Of a DNA stretch of 64,000 nucleotides, positions 1-10,168 are shown piece by piece. The notes beneath the pieces were generated by a model that saw only the letters and a list, made by a program, of their open reading frames with translations, had not been told where the DNA came from and ran no database searches. This DNA comes from a bacterium (GTDB lineage: Bacteria > Patescibacteriota > Patescibacteriia > UBA1558 > UBA10009). The stretch is from the NCBI GenBank assembly GCA_018672055.1, contig JABHGM010000001.1, positions 672,977 to 736,976 on the forward strand, in the 5' to 3' direction. The position numbers and the translations under genes were made by a program. Positions within the stretch are counted from its first letter, which is position 1; each line of letters opens with the position of its first letter.

Positions 1-171
1 TTTAATATTAAAATAGTTTTCTTTTAAATATTTTACTGATTCATCATTAGAATTATTATCTACAACAATAGTTTCAAATTCAAATGGTAGAGATAGCTTA
101 TTAATTGATTTTAAACAATTCTTGACCATGCCAAGTTGTTTATAGTTTAATATAATAATTGATAATTTCAT
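1..171 (-). CDS. GT2 family glycosyltransferase, N-terminal part (runs off the window edge)
   Basis: Not in ORF track. ATG at 171 reads MKLSIIILNYKQLGMVKNCLKSI...ETIVVDNNSND, a typical GT-A N-terminus, open to position 1. Confidence 0.85.
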   Translation of the reverse strand, partial: MKLSIIILNYKQLGMVKNCLKSINKLSLPFEFETIVVDNNSNDESVKYLKENYFNIK

Positions 172-175
172 AATA

Positions 176-1195
176 CTATATATACCATTTACTTAATTCT
201 CTAGATTTAATTTTACGTATATTTTTTTTAATATACTTTCTTTTTTGCTTAATATACTTACGTTGTTTAAAAAACATTACTAAACCTTTTAATGTAGAAG
301 GTTCTAAGAATATAATATACATTATTTTTCTAAACTCATACCAAGTAATATGGAAAAAGTATTTAATAAAATTAGTAAAGAATTCATTTTTACAAAGAGT
401 TTGTAAATGATTTTTATATGAATATATTTTAACCATCTTATCTCTGTTCTTACGTGCTTTAATTATTGCTTTATTTGATACATCAAGTTTGCCTTTTACA
501 GTACGATCATGATAGGCAATTGAACTGGGAATATAGTATGATTTAAAACCTGCTAATCTAAATCTATAGGCTAGGTCAACATCTTCTTTGTACGAAAAAA
601 ATAATTCATCAAAGTATTCATCTGCACCTAGACTATTTTTTAATTTTACATCATTTAATGATTTAATTCTGTAAATAGGTGCAGCTCCGGATGTGCCAAA
701 GACTTCATTTTCTAAATCAGGAACATCTTTTAAACCTTGATCAATATCTACTACCATATGATTTTTAAATACCTTTAAACCTTTACTATCTACATTTGTT
801 AGTTTTTTATTATTCTTAAAATCCCAACTTAATATTTTACCAGTTACAGAGGCTACTTTTTCATTATCATCTAAAAACTCAACTAAATTTTTTAAATAAT
901 CCTTTTCAAGAATAACATCTTGATTAAGTAAACAGATATATTTAGCTTTGGACCAAGAAATTGCTTGATTATGTGCTTTAGCAAAACCAATATTACTACT
1001 ATGACTTACAATTTTAATTTGCGGATAATTTTCTTTTAAATGTTGTATTGTTCTATCACTAGATCCATTATCAATTACTAAAACTGAAAAATCATTAAAT
1101 GACTGCTCAAATAGTGAACTTAAACAAAAGGGTAGATACCTTTCTGCATTATATGTTACTAAGCTAATTGCTAATTTGTTTTCCGGGATTTTCAT
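176..1195 (-). CDS. GT2 family glycosyltransferase (WbbL/rhamnosyltransferase-like)
   Basis: VIDNGSSD, NIGFAKAHN, LLNQD, EDVDLAYR motifs. Confidence 0.88.
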   Translation of the reverse strand: MKIPENKLAISLVTYNAERYLPFCLSSLFEQSFNDFSVLVIDNGSSDRTIQHLKENYPQIKIVSHSSNIGFAKAHNQAISWSKAKYICLLNQDVILEKDYLKNLVEFLDDNEKVASVTGKILSWDFKNNKKLTNVDSKGLKVFKNHMVVDIDQGLKDVPDLENEVFGTSGAAPIYRIKSLNDVKLKNSLGADEYFDELFFSYKEDVDLAYRFRLAGFKSYYIPSSIAYHDRTVKGKLDVSNKAIIKARKNRDKMVKIYSYKNHLQTLCKNEFFTNFIKYFFHITWYEFRKIMYIIFLEPSTLKGLVMFFKQRKYIKQKRKYIKKNIRKIKSRELSKWYI

Positions 1196-2636
1196 TTAAA
1201 TCTAAGTAATTAAGAATTACAGTTATTAATATGATTAAACCAATACCAAGAGGATGGTTTAAATATGGACTAAATATTGAGGTTATTATCAAAGCTAGAG
1301 TGCTAAGTAGTAACCAGAGATATATAATATTACTATTTAGTTTTGACAAACAATCAATTATTATCTTACCTAATAAGTAGAAATATGCAAGTAAACCAAA
1401 TAAACCTAATTTTAGCCATATATCTAAATATCCCCATTCAAAAGCATAGGTTGAATAAGTACCATCAGGTGACACTTGTCTAATTCGTGGATCTTCAGAA
1501 ATATAGGTTACTGTTTTACCAAAACCATAACCTAATACAGGTTTATACTTAATTGCTTCATAAAGTGGAACTAATTGATTAATTCTTGAACTAGCTGCTG
1601 GTTCATCAGTAGAATCATTAATCCTATTTTGTAAATTACCTGAAAAGTCTAAAGCTATTAAGTTTATAAAAAGTACACTTGTTAAGAAAATTAAAATTAG
1701 TGGCGTAAAAGTACTAAAGACTTTAATTAACTTTGGCTTTTCAATGATAATAAATAATATAAATAAAGCAACTAAAGCAGAAAACATACCAAGCCAAAAA
1801 CTTCTAGAAAAACTAATTAGTAAAGCTGATAAAACTAAAGTAGCTAATAAATAGATATTATGTTTTTTTAATATTTCAACTTTTTTAGAATAAATAATTA
1901 GTATAAATAGTAATATTAAACCAATAACTAAAAATAAATGAGCTTGAAAGAATATTCTATAAAAATTATCATTTATTTTAGTTATCTCACCTACTCCACT
2001 ATCTCTTACCCAGCGATATATAGGTAAAAGATTTAAATTAAATTGATGAATAAATAATATATATAGTAGTATTGTTTTAACTGATAAGTATGTGATACAA
2101 GCTAAGAATATATTAATAACTTTTTCTATAATACTACTATCTTTTATGATAGCTATTAAAACTGGCAATATAGCAAAGTATATCCAGCCATTAAAGTCAA
2201 AAAAAGCTAATTTAAAGCTACTATGAGCTAAACCATTAATAATACCTATTATAATAAAAACAAATAATATTAAGTATTGATAATAGTATTTAAAGCTTTT
2301 ATTAAATAAATATTTATCACTATTAAGGATAATTTTAATAAACCAAGCAAGAATTAGTATAATAAAAATTCCAATTCTTAAAGATAATCTAAAATCAAAA
2401 ATCTCAATAAAGAATAAGTAACCTTTTGATCCAATAAATAGTTCAGTTAATAATATATATATACCCCATTCTAATTTTTTAATAGATAGTATAAAAGTTA
2501 AACCTATTAGTATAAAGAATGTAAAGTAGTTTAATAAATAGTTTTGATGAGCTAAAAATGAAATAATTTCAATTACAACAATACTTATCAAAGCATACAA
2601 ATAAAATTTATTAAATACATTATTTAATTTAATCAT
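1164..2636 (-). CDS. O-antigen ligase/Wzy_C-like multipass membrane protein
   Basis: About 12 TM segments; SFSRSFWLG, R..Q, KPVLGYGFG and GLFGL motifs. Confidence 0.75.
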   Translation of the reverse strand: MIKLNNVFNKFYLYALISIVVIEIISFLAHQNYLLNYFTFFILIGLTFILSIKKLEWGIYILLTELFIGSKGYLFFIEIFDFRLSLRIGIFIILILAWFIKIILNSDKYLFNKSFKYYYQYLILFVFIIIGIINGLAHSSFKLAFFDFNGWIYFAILPVLIAIIKDSSIIEKVINIFLACITYLSVKTILLYILFIHQFNLNLLPIYRWVRDSGVGEITKINDNFYRIFFQAHLFLVIGLILLFILIIYSKKVEILKKHNIYLLATLVLSALLISFSRSFWLGMFSALVALFILFIIIEKPKLIKVFSTFTPLILIFLTSVLFINLIALDFSGNLQNRINDSTDEPAASSRINQLVPLYEAIKYKPVLGYGFGKTVTYISEDPRIRQVSPDGTYSTYAFEWGYLDIWLKLGLFGLLAYFYLLGKIIIDCLSKLNSNIIYLWLLLSTLALIITSIFSPYLNHPLGIGLIILITVILNYLDLNENPGKQISN

Positions 2637-2880
2637 ACTTTTTTCTAAGCTCTAGTAACCTTTTAAATTTTTCTGGTGAAAGATCTTTATCTCCAAGATT
2701 AGCTTCTTCTTTTTGAAGTGTGGCTAATTCAGTAGCATCCTCCTTTGTCATTCCATTTCTTTCAAATATAATTTCGTGCCTTGTAATATAATCTTCATCT
2801 TTTTCATTGGCACCTTCTCTTACTATATTATCATCTGGATCAAAATTTTCATTTTTTGGAATTTGTTCATTTGACGACAT
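2629..2880 (-). CDS. Small acidic hypothetical protein
   Basis: 83-aa ORF packed co-directionally in the operon, overlapping the next start. Confidence 0.6.
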   Translation of the reverse strand: MSSNEQIPKNENFDPDDNIVREGANEKDEDYITRHEIIFERNGMTKEDATELATLQKEEANLGDKDLSPEKFKRLLELRKKYD

Positions 2881-2886
2881 AAGTTT

Positions 2887-3744
2887 TTATTTAATTTTTA
2901 AAATTTTTAGCATTTTAATTACTAAACTATATATTAATGTTATAAGCAAACTTAATGGAGTTAATAGTAATATTATTACCCAAGAAAATTTATTACTATG
3001 TTTCCATAAATATCTTAATCTACTTTTACTAAAAAACCATTGTTTTTTAACAGATGATGCTTGTTTAAAACTAGCATTTCCATAATGTATTACTTTAGCT
3101 ATGGGTGTGTAAATAGTTTTAAAACCTTTTTCTTTGGCCCTGGCTGAGTAATCTACTTCATCAAACCATAGATAAAATTTATCATCCATTAAACCTAGCT
3201 CTTCAAATACTTCACGTCTTATCATATAAAATGAACCCATAACTTGTTCCACTTCTTGTTCTTTACTATAATCTACATTTTTACCTAAGTAATCATTTAA
3301 TATAAAATGTTGAAATCTAAAAATCATAGCTAAATGTATTTTGAAAGTAGGTAATGTTCTAACTGATTCTTGAATTGATCCATCGTAATTTAAAAGCTTA
3401 CAACCTGCTAGACCAAATTCTTTATGTTTATCCATGTGAGCCACTATTTTATCCAAAGCATTATCAATTATTTTTGTATCAGGATTTAATAGTAATAAGT
3501 ATCTACCTGATGCTTGCTTTAAACCCATATTACAACCACCAGAGAATCCTAGATTACGTGACGAGCTAATTATTGTAACTTGAGGAAAATATTCCATCAG
3601 CATTTCAATAGTACCGTCACCTGAATTATTATCAACTACAAAAACTTCAAAATTAATATTCTGTGTTTCTTCAAAAATTGATTTTAAACAATCTTTAAGT
3701 AATTCTTTAACACGCCAACTAACTATTATTATAGATAAATCCAT
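2887..3744 (-). CDS. GT2 family glycosyltransferase (WbbL-like)
   Basis: DLSIIIVSW, VVDNNSGDGT, NLGF, LLLNPD, DEVDYS. Confidence 0.9.
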   Translation of the reverse strand: MDLSIIIVSWRVKELLKDCLKSIFEETQNINFEVFVVDNNSGDGTIEMLMEYFPQVTIISSSRNLGFSGGCNMGLKQASGRYLLLLNPDTKIIDNALDKIVAHMDKHKEFGLAGCKLLNYDGSIQESVRTLPTFKIHLAMIFRFQHFILNDYLGKNVDYSKEQEVEQVMGSFYMIRREVFEELGLMDDKFYLWFDEVDYSARAKEKGFKTIYTPIAKVIHYGNASFKQASSVKKQWFFSKSRLRYLWKHSNKFSWVIILLLTPLSLLITLIYSLVIKMLKILKIK

Positions 3745-3745
3745 A

Positions 3746-4894
3746 CTATTGTTTAATTATTTCTAACATTCTATCTACTCTTTTTAACCAACTATGCTCC
3801 TTAACTACTTCTAATCTTTCTTTAATTAATTTATTATTATCTTCTTTTAAAGCTTTTTGGATATGATGATTAAATTGTCTATAATCATTTGTAATATGAA
3901 TTGATTCCTTAAACATTTCAATGCCAGAACCTGAAGTAGATATAATTGGTTTACCACATGCTAAGTATTCAAACATTTTCATAGGATTAGTAAATTTAAT
4001 AAATTTATCTAACTTATGTGGTATTATACCGATATCAAATTGTTGAATATACATAGGTACTTCAGTATATGATTTTCTACCAAGAAAATATATATTTGAA
4101 TACTTACTTAATTTATCAACAATTTCATTATTCCAAACAGGACCTACTATAACAATTGATTTATCATTATTTTCTTTAGCAATAAATTCGACTAAATCAA
4201 TATCAAATCTATCTTGCACTGTACCAACATAACCAATAATAGGTTTTTTAATTGATCCTATATCTCGGTTAACGATTGCATACTTTTGTTGATAATGTTT
4301 AATGTCAACACCATTTGGAATCCAATATACTTTGTCATGATTCAAAAATAAACTTTGCATTTCATCTGATACAGTAAAAATAATATCTGCTTTTTTGGAA
4401 ATTAATTCATAATTTTTTATTATTTTATTTTTAATCTTATTATATGCTGGATGTTCAGACCAATTATCAATGGCATCAAATATTTTTAGATCTGGTTTTA
4501 ATTTATCAAAATAATCTATACTTAGAGGGTAAGCTGACCATAGATGATAATTATTAAACTTAATAACTTTTAAGTACTTATTTAAATTACTATAAAATCT
4601 ATTTTTTGAAATAAATGGAAGTACCGAAGAATAAACAATTAATCTTTTATCTATTTCGTATACTTTAGTAAATAATCCATTTTTAATTACTTTTAACTTA
4701 TTATTTAAATAGTTTTCTTTATAATTCTTTACAAATCTTTTAAAATTATATGGCATATAATCAATAGCTACTATTTTTTCAATATTTTCATTTTTTAGAA
4801 GTGTCTTAAGAATATGATAATTCCTATTTTGGATACCACGTTGCCACTCAGAGTATGAGGACATATTAAACATTACTAAATTAATTTTATTCAT
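3746..4894 (-). CDS. GT-B glycosyltransferase (TuaH-like)
   Basis: IPNGVD, KPIIGYVG, NPMKMFEYLACGKPII. Confidence 0.85.
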   Translation of the reverse strand: MNKINLVMFNMSSYSEWQRGIQNRNYHILKTLLKNENIEKIVAIDYMPYNFKRFVKNYKENYLNNKLKVIKNGLFTKVYEIDKRLIVYSSVLPFISKNRFYSNLNKYLKVIKFNNYHLWSAYPLSIDYFDKLKPDLKIFDAIDNWSEHPAYNKIKNKIIKNYELISKKADIIFTVSDEMQSLFLNHDKVYWIPNGVDIKHYQQKYAIVNRDIGSIKKPIIGYVGTVQDRFDIDLVEFIAKENNDKSIVIVGPVWNNEIVDKLSKYSNIYFLGRKSYTEVPMYIQQFDIGIIPHKLDKFIKFTNPMKMFEYLACGKPIISTSGSGIEMFKESIHITNDYRQFNHHIQKALKEDNNKLIKERLEVVKEHSWLKRVDRMLEIIKQ

Positions 4895-6038
4895 ATTCTT
4901 TAATTATTTGTTCTAAATAACTTGCTTGTTTACTCCATTTAAATTCTTCAACATATTTAATTCCTTGATTTGAAATATCATTATATAACTTTTTGTCATT
5001 AATAAATTTTAATACTGCTTGTCCAAGTTCACCTTTATTTTTAGGATTAATTAATATGCCTGTCTTATTATCTAGTACTGCTTCAGCTATACCTCCTGAT
5101 TTACCAGCAATAATTGGTAAACCAAAGCTACTTGCTTCTAAGTATACAATGCCAAAGCCCTCAACATCACCTTCAATATTCTTTGCTGGCATTACAAATA
5201 AATCTGATAGTTTATAATAAGTAGCTAGTTCTTTATTACTTAACTTGCCTAAAAATATTACATTATTTTCTAAATTTAGTTTTATAACTAATTTTTCTAA
5301 TTCTTTTTGATAATCACCTGTTCCTGCTACTAAATAAACTATATCCGGATTACTATTTAATAATTCTGGAAGTATTTTAATTACTAATTTATGACCTTTA
5401 CGTCTTACAATACGACCTATTGTGATTAACTTAAACTTATCTCTAATATCATGCCTATCTAATTCAACATCAATGTCTTCTTCAGATACTTTATATCTCT
5501 TATCTGTAATACAGGGAGCAGGATATACTATCTTAAGTTTAGTATCGTCTATATTTAGATTATTTAATTCTAGTTTTGTATACTTACTATTTGTAGTTAT
5601 GAATAATGATTTTTTAAGCACCTTCTTCATAATTAATTCTTTTCTTTTATTTTTCTGAGGTAACATAATATCCATACCATGAGTTGAGATAAAATATGGT
5701 ATCTTATATAGCTTACTAATTAAATAACAGGCATTACCTACAGGCAATATATCACCTACCCATATAATATCAATTTTTTCTCTACTAACAATCTTTTTAA
5801 TAAGAATAAACAATTTAAACCATTTAGGATAAAAAAATCTATATAATAATTTTTCACGAATTATAGTAAATTTTTGATCAGTATCAAAATCACTAGCTTT
5901 TTTATAAGGTAGCGTTAAAACCACAAAATCATACTGAGTTGATTTTTTAATCAGATTATAATAATAATTCTCTACTCCACCAGGTTTAGGTGGAAATTCA
6001 AAAGTAACTAGTAATATTCTTTTTTTAGTTTTCTCCAT
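4887..6038 (-). CDS. GT4 glycosyltransferase (PimB-like)
   Basis: FPPKPGG, GRIVRRKGH, EGFGIVYLEAS (EX7E). Confidence 0.9.
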   Translation of the reverse strand: MEKTKKRILLVTFEFPPKPGGVENYYYNLIKKSTQYDFVVLTLPYKKASDFDTDQKFTIIREKLLYRFFYPKWFKLFILIKKIVSREKIDIIWVGDILPVGNACYLISKLYKIPYFISTHGMDIMLPQKNKRKELIMKKVLKKSLFITTNSKYTKLELNNLNIDDTKLKIVYPAPCITDKRYKVSEEDIDVELDRHDIRDKFKLITIGRIVRRKGHKLVIKILPELLNSNPDIVYLVAGTGDYQKELEKLVIKLNLENNVIFLGKLSNKELATYYKLSDLFVMPAKNIEGDVEGFGIVYLEASSFGLPIIAGKSGGIAEAVLDNKTGILINPKNKGELGQAVLKFINDKKLYNDISNQGIKYVEEFKWSKQASYLEQIIKEYE

Positions 6039-7482
6039 ACTCTTTTTTTACAATACTTTGATATAAAATTTGAACCTCTTCTTTAGATATCATTTTAAAT
6101 AGAAATAGTAGTAATATATATGTCAAACCACCTAGAGGTATCAGAATGATAAAGTTCATATATGACAATAGATAGATTAACAAATAATACATTATAAGTG
6201 AAGCAGCTAATATTTTCAAAAAATTAATAAACAAATATCTAATATTTAACTTAATAATCTGTCCTGACACATAAAATTGTAAACCAAACATGATTATAGT
6301 ACTAATTGTAGAGGCATATGCAGCTCCAAGGTAACTAAACTTTGGTATTAGTACAACATTTAAACATATATTTATGATCATAACTATACCTATATGTATT
6401 GTATTTCTAATTTGTCTGTTACAAGCATTTAATAAAGAACCCAGTGGAAAGTTAATAAATAGAAAGAATAAAGCAATCATTAATATTTTTAAAGGTAATA
6501 TAGAAGGTTCATATTCCTCAGTGTATACTTTTAATATTAAAGGTTTAGCTAAGGCTAAGATACCAAAAGTAATAGGAATTCCTATCATTGAAAGATAGAT
6601 TACTGATTTATGAAATATTTTACTTAATAACTCGTTTGATTTTAAAAAGTAGCTAGAAAATGCTGGATAAAGTGAGGCTACAAAGGCCATTGGAATAAAT
6701 TGTAAGGAAAAAGTAATCTTATATGGTAATGAATAATAGCCAACAGCTGTTTCATCAATTAATTGTTTCAATAATATGGTATCAATATATCCATAAACTC
6801 TTGTAAATATTCCAGCTAATGCAAAAGGTAAGCTAATTATTAGTATTTTTTTAATGATTTTTTTTCTTGATTTATGGAAATATTTAAGTTTTAATTTAAT
6901 TTTTATAAGTAATCCTGAATAGATAAAATTGAATGTACTCGCAGTAAGTAGTGCTAGAATCAAAATTCTTAAGTCATTAGTTATATTTACAATTATAAAA
7001 CCAGATATAGCTAAAATTATCTGGAATAATATTGTACCTAAGCTTTCTATCTTTAAATTTTGATGACCTCTTAATAAAGCATAAAAAGTTAAAGTAAAAG
7101 AATCAAGAACCATAACAATACCTGCTATATATACTAATTGTCTTACTAATAAGTTATCTTCTAATAAATTTATTAATATTACAGCTAGTAAATAGATGAT
7201 TATTGCTAGAGGTATTTTAATTGCTAACGCTGCTGAAAAATATTTTTGGCTTTTTTCTTTAAACTTAGCGACTTCTCTTACTAAAACATTAGAAATTCCT
7301 ATATCAACAAATACTGCTAAAATTGTTGTAAAGAACAAGGCAAAGGTATAATTTCCTAATGAACCTGCTCCAAGCTTAACAGCAATATATGAAAAATATA
7401 CAAATGATATTATTTTTTGTATAACTAATGCACCAGTAAAATAGCTTGTATTCCTGGTTATTTTATTTGTTTTATATTCCAT
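6025..7482 (-). CDS. Wzx-type polysaccharide flippase
   Basis: About 13-14 TM, MOP superfamily patterns (DIGIS, VGYYSL, LIPKFSYLGAA); first gene of the GT operon. Confidence 0.85.
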   Translation of the reverse strand: MEYKTNKITRNTSYFTGALVIQKIISFVYFSYIAVKLGAGSLGNYTFALFFTTILAVFVDIGISNVLVREVAKFKEKSQKYFSAALAIKIPLAIIIYLLAVILINLLEDNLLVRQLVYIAGIVMVLDSFTLTFYALLRGHQNLKIESLGTILFQIILAISGFIIVNITNDLRILILALLTASTFNFIYSGLLIKIKLKLKYFHKSRKKIIKKILIISLPFALAGIFTRVYGYIDTILLKQLIDETAVGYYSLPYKITFSLQFIPMAFVASLYPAFSSYFLKSNELLSKIFHKSVIYLSMIGIPITFGILALAKPLILKVYTEEYEPSILPLKILMIALFFLFINFPLGSLLNACNRQIRNTIHIGIVMIINICLNVVLIPKFSYLGAAYASTISTIIMFGLQFYVSGQIIKLNIRYLFINFLKILAASLIMYYLLIYLLSYMNFIILIPLGGLTYILLLFLFKMISKEEVQILYQSIVKKEYGEN

Positions 7483-7511
7483 ATTTGTAGATTAATTATA
7501 TCATAAATATC

Positions 7512-7538
7512 AAAAAATCCTCATTAACTGAGGATTTT
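7512..7538 (-). terminator. Intrinsic terminator after rpsI
   Basis: aaaatcctca-ttaac-tgaggatttt hairpin with U-tract on the minus strand. Confidence 0.75.
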
Positions 7539-7557
7539 ATAGTAATTATATAATATA

Positions 7558-8001
7558 TTAACGTTTTGCCCATTGTGGAGCACGTCTAGCACGTTTTAAA
7601 CCTGGTTTCTTTCTTTCTTTCTTACGTGAATCTCTGGTTAATAAACCTTGTGATTTTAACGTTTTTCTATAATCTTCATTAGTCATAAGTAGTATTTTTG
7701 ATATACCATGTCTAACGCTTTCTGCTTGACTCTTAATACCACCGCCTAATACTTTAACTGAAATATAGTACTTATTTAATAAATCTAATGTTTTTAAAGG
7801 TGTTAAAACTATATTTTGAAGTTCAATAGTTTGGAAATATTCATTAAGTTTCTTTTCATTAATTATAATGGCTTTTTCAGTTTTTCTTGAATACAATCTA
7901 ACACGAGCTATAGCAGTTTTACGTTTACCAGTAGCATAAATATAATCTTTTCTCTTTTTAGGAGTGCTAGCTTTTTTCTCAATTTTTTTCTTTTCTACCA
8001 T
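7558..8001 (-). CDS. rpsI: 30S ribosomal protein S9
   Basis: ATGKRKTAIARV, GGGIKSQAE, ERKKPGLKRARRAPQWAKR. Confidence 0.98.
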   Translation of the reverse strand: MVEKKKIEKKASTPKKRKDYIYATGKRKTAIARVRLYSRKTEKAIIINEKKLNEYFQTIELQNIVLTPLKTLDLLNKYYISVKVLGGGIKSQAESVRHGISKILLMTNEDYRKTLKSQGLLTRDSRKKERKKPGLKRARRAPQWAKR

Positions 8002-8002
8002 A

Positions 8003-8386
8003 TTAGTCTTGTTTTATATTAGTATCTGATTTAAATGTTAAACGTTTAATAATTTCTTTTCTCAATTTATTCTTTGGTAACATGTTATATACCATCTTTT
8101 TAAACACTTCTTCTGGTTTACTTTCGAATTTCTTTCCTAATTTAATTTCTTTAATACCACCTGGATATCCAGTATGATGATAAATTGATTTTTGCTTTAA
8201 TTTATTTCCACTAAATTTAAGTTTTGTTATATTTAAAATTTCAACAAAATCACCTTGATCTAAATGTCTTTCAAAGATTACTTTATGTTTACCCATAAGT
8301 AAAATTGCAACTTCAGTAGCTAAACGACCACCGATTTTATCTGTTGCATCTAATTGATGTTTTTCTCTTGTTATTTCATTATTCAT
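8003..8386 (-). CDS. rplM: 50S ribosomal protein L13 (short C-terminus)
   Basis: GRLATEVA..LMGKHK, HHTGYPGGIK, MLPKNKL. Confidence 0.97.
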   Translation of the reverse strand: MNNEITREKHQLDATDKIGGRLATEVAILLMGKHKVIFERHLDQGDFVEILNITKLKFSGNKLKQKSIYHHTGYPGGIKEIKLGKKFESKPEEVFKKMVYNMLPKNKLRKEIIKRLTFKSDTNIKQD

Positions 8387-8388
8387 AT

Positions 8389-8739
8389 TTATACTAATTC
8401 AATTTGTGCCATTTTGGCTCCATCACCCTGTCTTACACCTAGTTTAATTATCCTTGTATAACCACCATTTCTATCCTTATATCTAGGTCCAATTACTTCA
8501 AATATCTTTTTATTAGCCTTTTTTAAAGTTAATTTAGATACAAGCATTCTTCTATTTGTTACATTATCAACCTTAGCTCTTGTTATATATTTCTCAACTA
8601 TTGGTTTAACAGTCTTAGCTTTAGCTTCAGTAGTCTTTATCTTTTCATAAATAATAAGTTGTGTTGCTAAATTATTAAGCAAAGCTGTTCTAGGAGCTTT
8701 TTTACGATCTAATATTTTTTTCTTACTTCTGTGTCTCAT
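8389..8739 (-). CDS. rplQ: 50S ribosomal protein L17
   Basis: MRHR, IKTTEAKAK, RNGGYTRIIKLG.RQGDGA. Confidence 0.98.
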   Translation of the reverse strand: MRHRSKKKILDRKKAPRTALLNNLATQLIIYEKIKTTEAKAKTVKPIVEKYITRAKVDNVTNRRMLVSKLTLKKANKKIFEVIGPRYKDRNGGYTRIIKLGVRQGDGAKMAQIELV

Positions 8740-8741
8740 AT

Positions 8742-9500
8742 TTATTTATCATCTTTCTTAACTTCTTCTTTCTTTGTCTCTTTAGTGCTAGCTTTTTTAA
8801 CTTTCTTAGCTTCTTTCTTCTTTTCACCACTTACTATAGTAAAATGGCTTACTAATACATCTGAAGCGCTTTTTACTGCTTCTTCAGGGGTAATAGTACC
8901 ATCAGTTTCAATATTTAAAATTAACTTTTCATAATCTGTTCTATCACCTACTCTAACATTTTCAATTTCAAAACCTACATTTTTCATTGGAGTATAGATT
9001 GAATCTACTTTAATAACACCGATATCAACTTTTTCACTTTCTCTTTCTTCTACTGAAACATACCCATGCCCTTTAGCTACTGTTAACTCCATTTCAAATT
9101 CAGTACTTTTATCTGTTACTGTACATATTAATTGTTTTGGATTTGATATTTCAACTTCAGCATTCTTTGTAATATCTGATGCTTTAATTTCTTTTTCACC
9201 CTTTACCTTAATATTTAAAATTACAGGTTCATCACTAAATATTTTTAGTCTAATTGCTTTTAAATTTAAAATTATTTCAATTAAATCCTCTTTTACATTT
9301 GGTAAATGTGAGAATTCATGATCTGTACCTTTAATTTTAAATGAAGTAATTGCACCACCTTCTAATGAAGATAGTAAAACCCTTCTTAATGAATTACCTA
9401 AAGTTACACCATAGCCAGGATAACATGGTTCTATGATAACTTGAGCTTTATTGCCCTTTTCATTGTTGATTTTTACTTCGTTTGGTAAAGGAATGTTCAT
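8742..9500 (-). CDS. rpoA: RNA polymerase alpha subunit (NTD only, Lys-rich tail instead of CTD)
   Basis: IEPCYPGYGVTLGNSLRRVLLSS, VENVRVG-like IENVRVGDRTDYEKL, TDGTITPEEA; position between rpsD and rplQ. Confidence 0.97.
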   Translation of the reverse strand: MNIPLPNEVKINNEKGNKAQVIIEPCYPGYGVTLGNSLRRVLLSSLEGGAITSFKIKGTDHEFSHLPNVKEDLIEIILNLKAIRLKIFSDEPVILNIKVKGEKEIKASDITKNAEVEISNPKQLICTVTDKSTEFEMELTVAKGHGYVSVEERESEKVDIGVIKVDSIYTPMKNVGFEIENVRVGDRTDYEKLILNIETDGTITPEEAVKSASDVLVSHFTIVSGEKKKEAKKVKKASTKETKKEEVKKDDK

Positions 9501-9522
9501 AAGTTTTATATGTTACTTATAA

Positions 9523-10164
9523 TTATCGTGAATAAAATTCTACGATCATTGTTGGATCGAATGAAATTGGTAGATCTTGTCTTGTTGGTACTGATACAAG
9601 TTGACCTTCATGTTTTGCAGAATCAAGCGCTAACCAACTAGGGATCTCAACTTTAGCTAATTTTGGAAGTTGTGTTTTCCAATATGCTTTATCATTAGCT
9701 GTAGCTGAAACACTAATTTTTTGTCCAACTTTTATTTGAATACTAGGAATACTTGCTTTTTTACCATCAATAGTAATATGTCCATGAGTAACTAATTGTC
9801 TAGCTAAATCACGGGATGTAGCAAATCCTAATCTATATACTAAATTATCTAATCTTAATTCTAAAATTTGTAGTAAGTTTTCTGAGGTATCACCGGGCAT
9901 TTTGGAAGCTTTTGTAAAGTATAGTTTAAATTGTCTTTCCATTAATCTATATGTTCTTTTAGCTTTTTGCTTTTCTCTAAGCTGAATACCATAACTTGAT
10001 ATTCTTTTCTTTCTACCTTTTTTTGAGGCAGGTCCATGAACACCTGGAGCATAATCACGTTTTAACATAGGACAAGCAATTGAAAAACATTTATCTCCTT
10101 TAAGAAATAATTTAACACCTTCTCTTCTACATTGTTTACATTTTGGATCTAAATTTCTAGCCAT
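9523..10164 (-). CDS. rpsD: 30S ribosomal protein S4 (Cys-containing form)
   Basis: CKQCRREG.KLFLKG.KC...C, QLREKQK, LELRLDNLVYRLG, ARQLVTHGH. Confidence 0.98.
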   Translation of the reverse strand: MARNLDPKCKQCRREGVKLFLKGDKCFSIACPMLKRDYAPGVHGPASKKGRKKRISSYGIQLREKQKAKRTYRLMERQFKLYFTKASKMPGDTSENLLQILELRLDNLVYRLGFATSRDLARQLVTHGHITIDGKKASIPSIQIKVGQKISVSATANDKAYWKTQLPKLAKVEIPSWLALDSAKHEGQLVSVPTRQDLPISFDPTMIVEFYSR

Positions 10165-10168
10165 ATAT

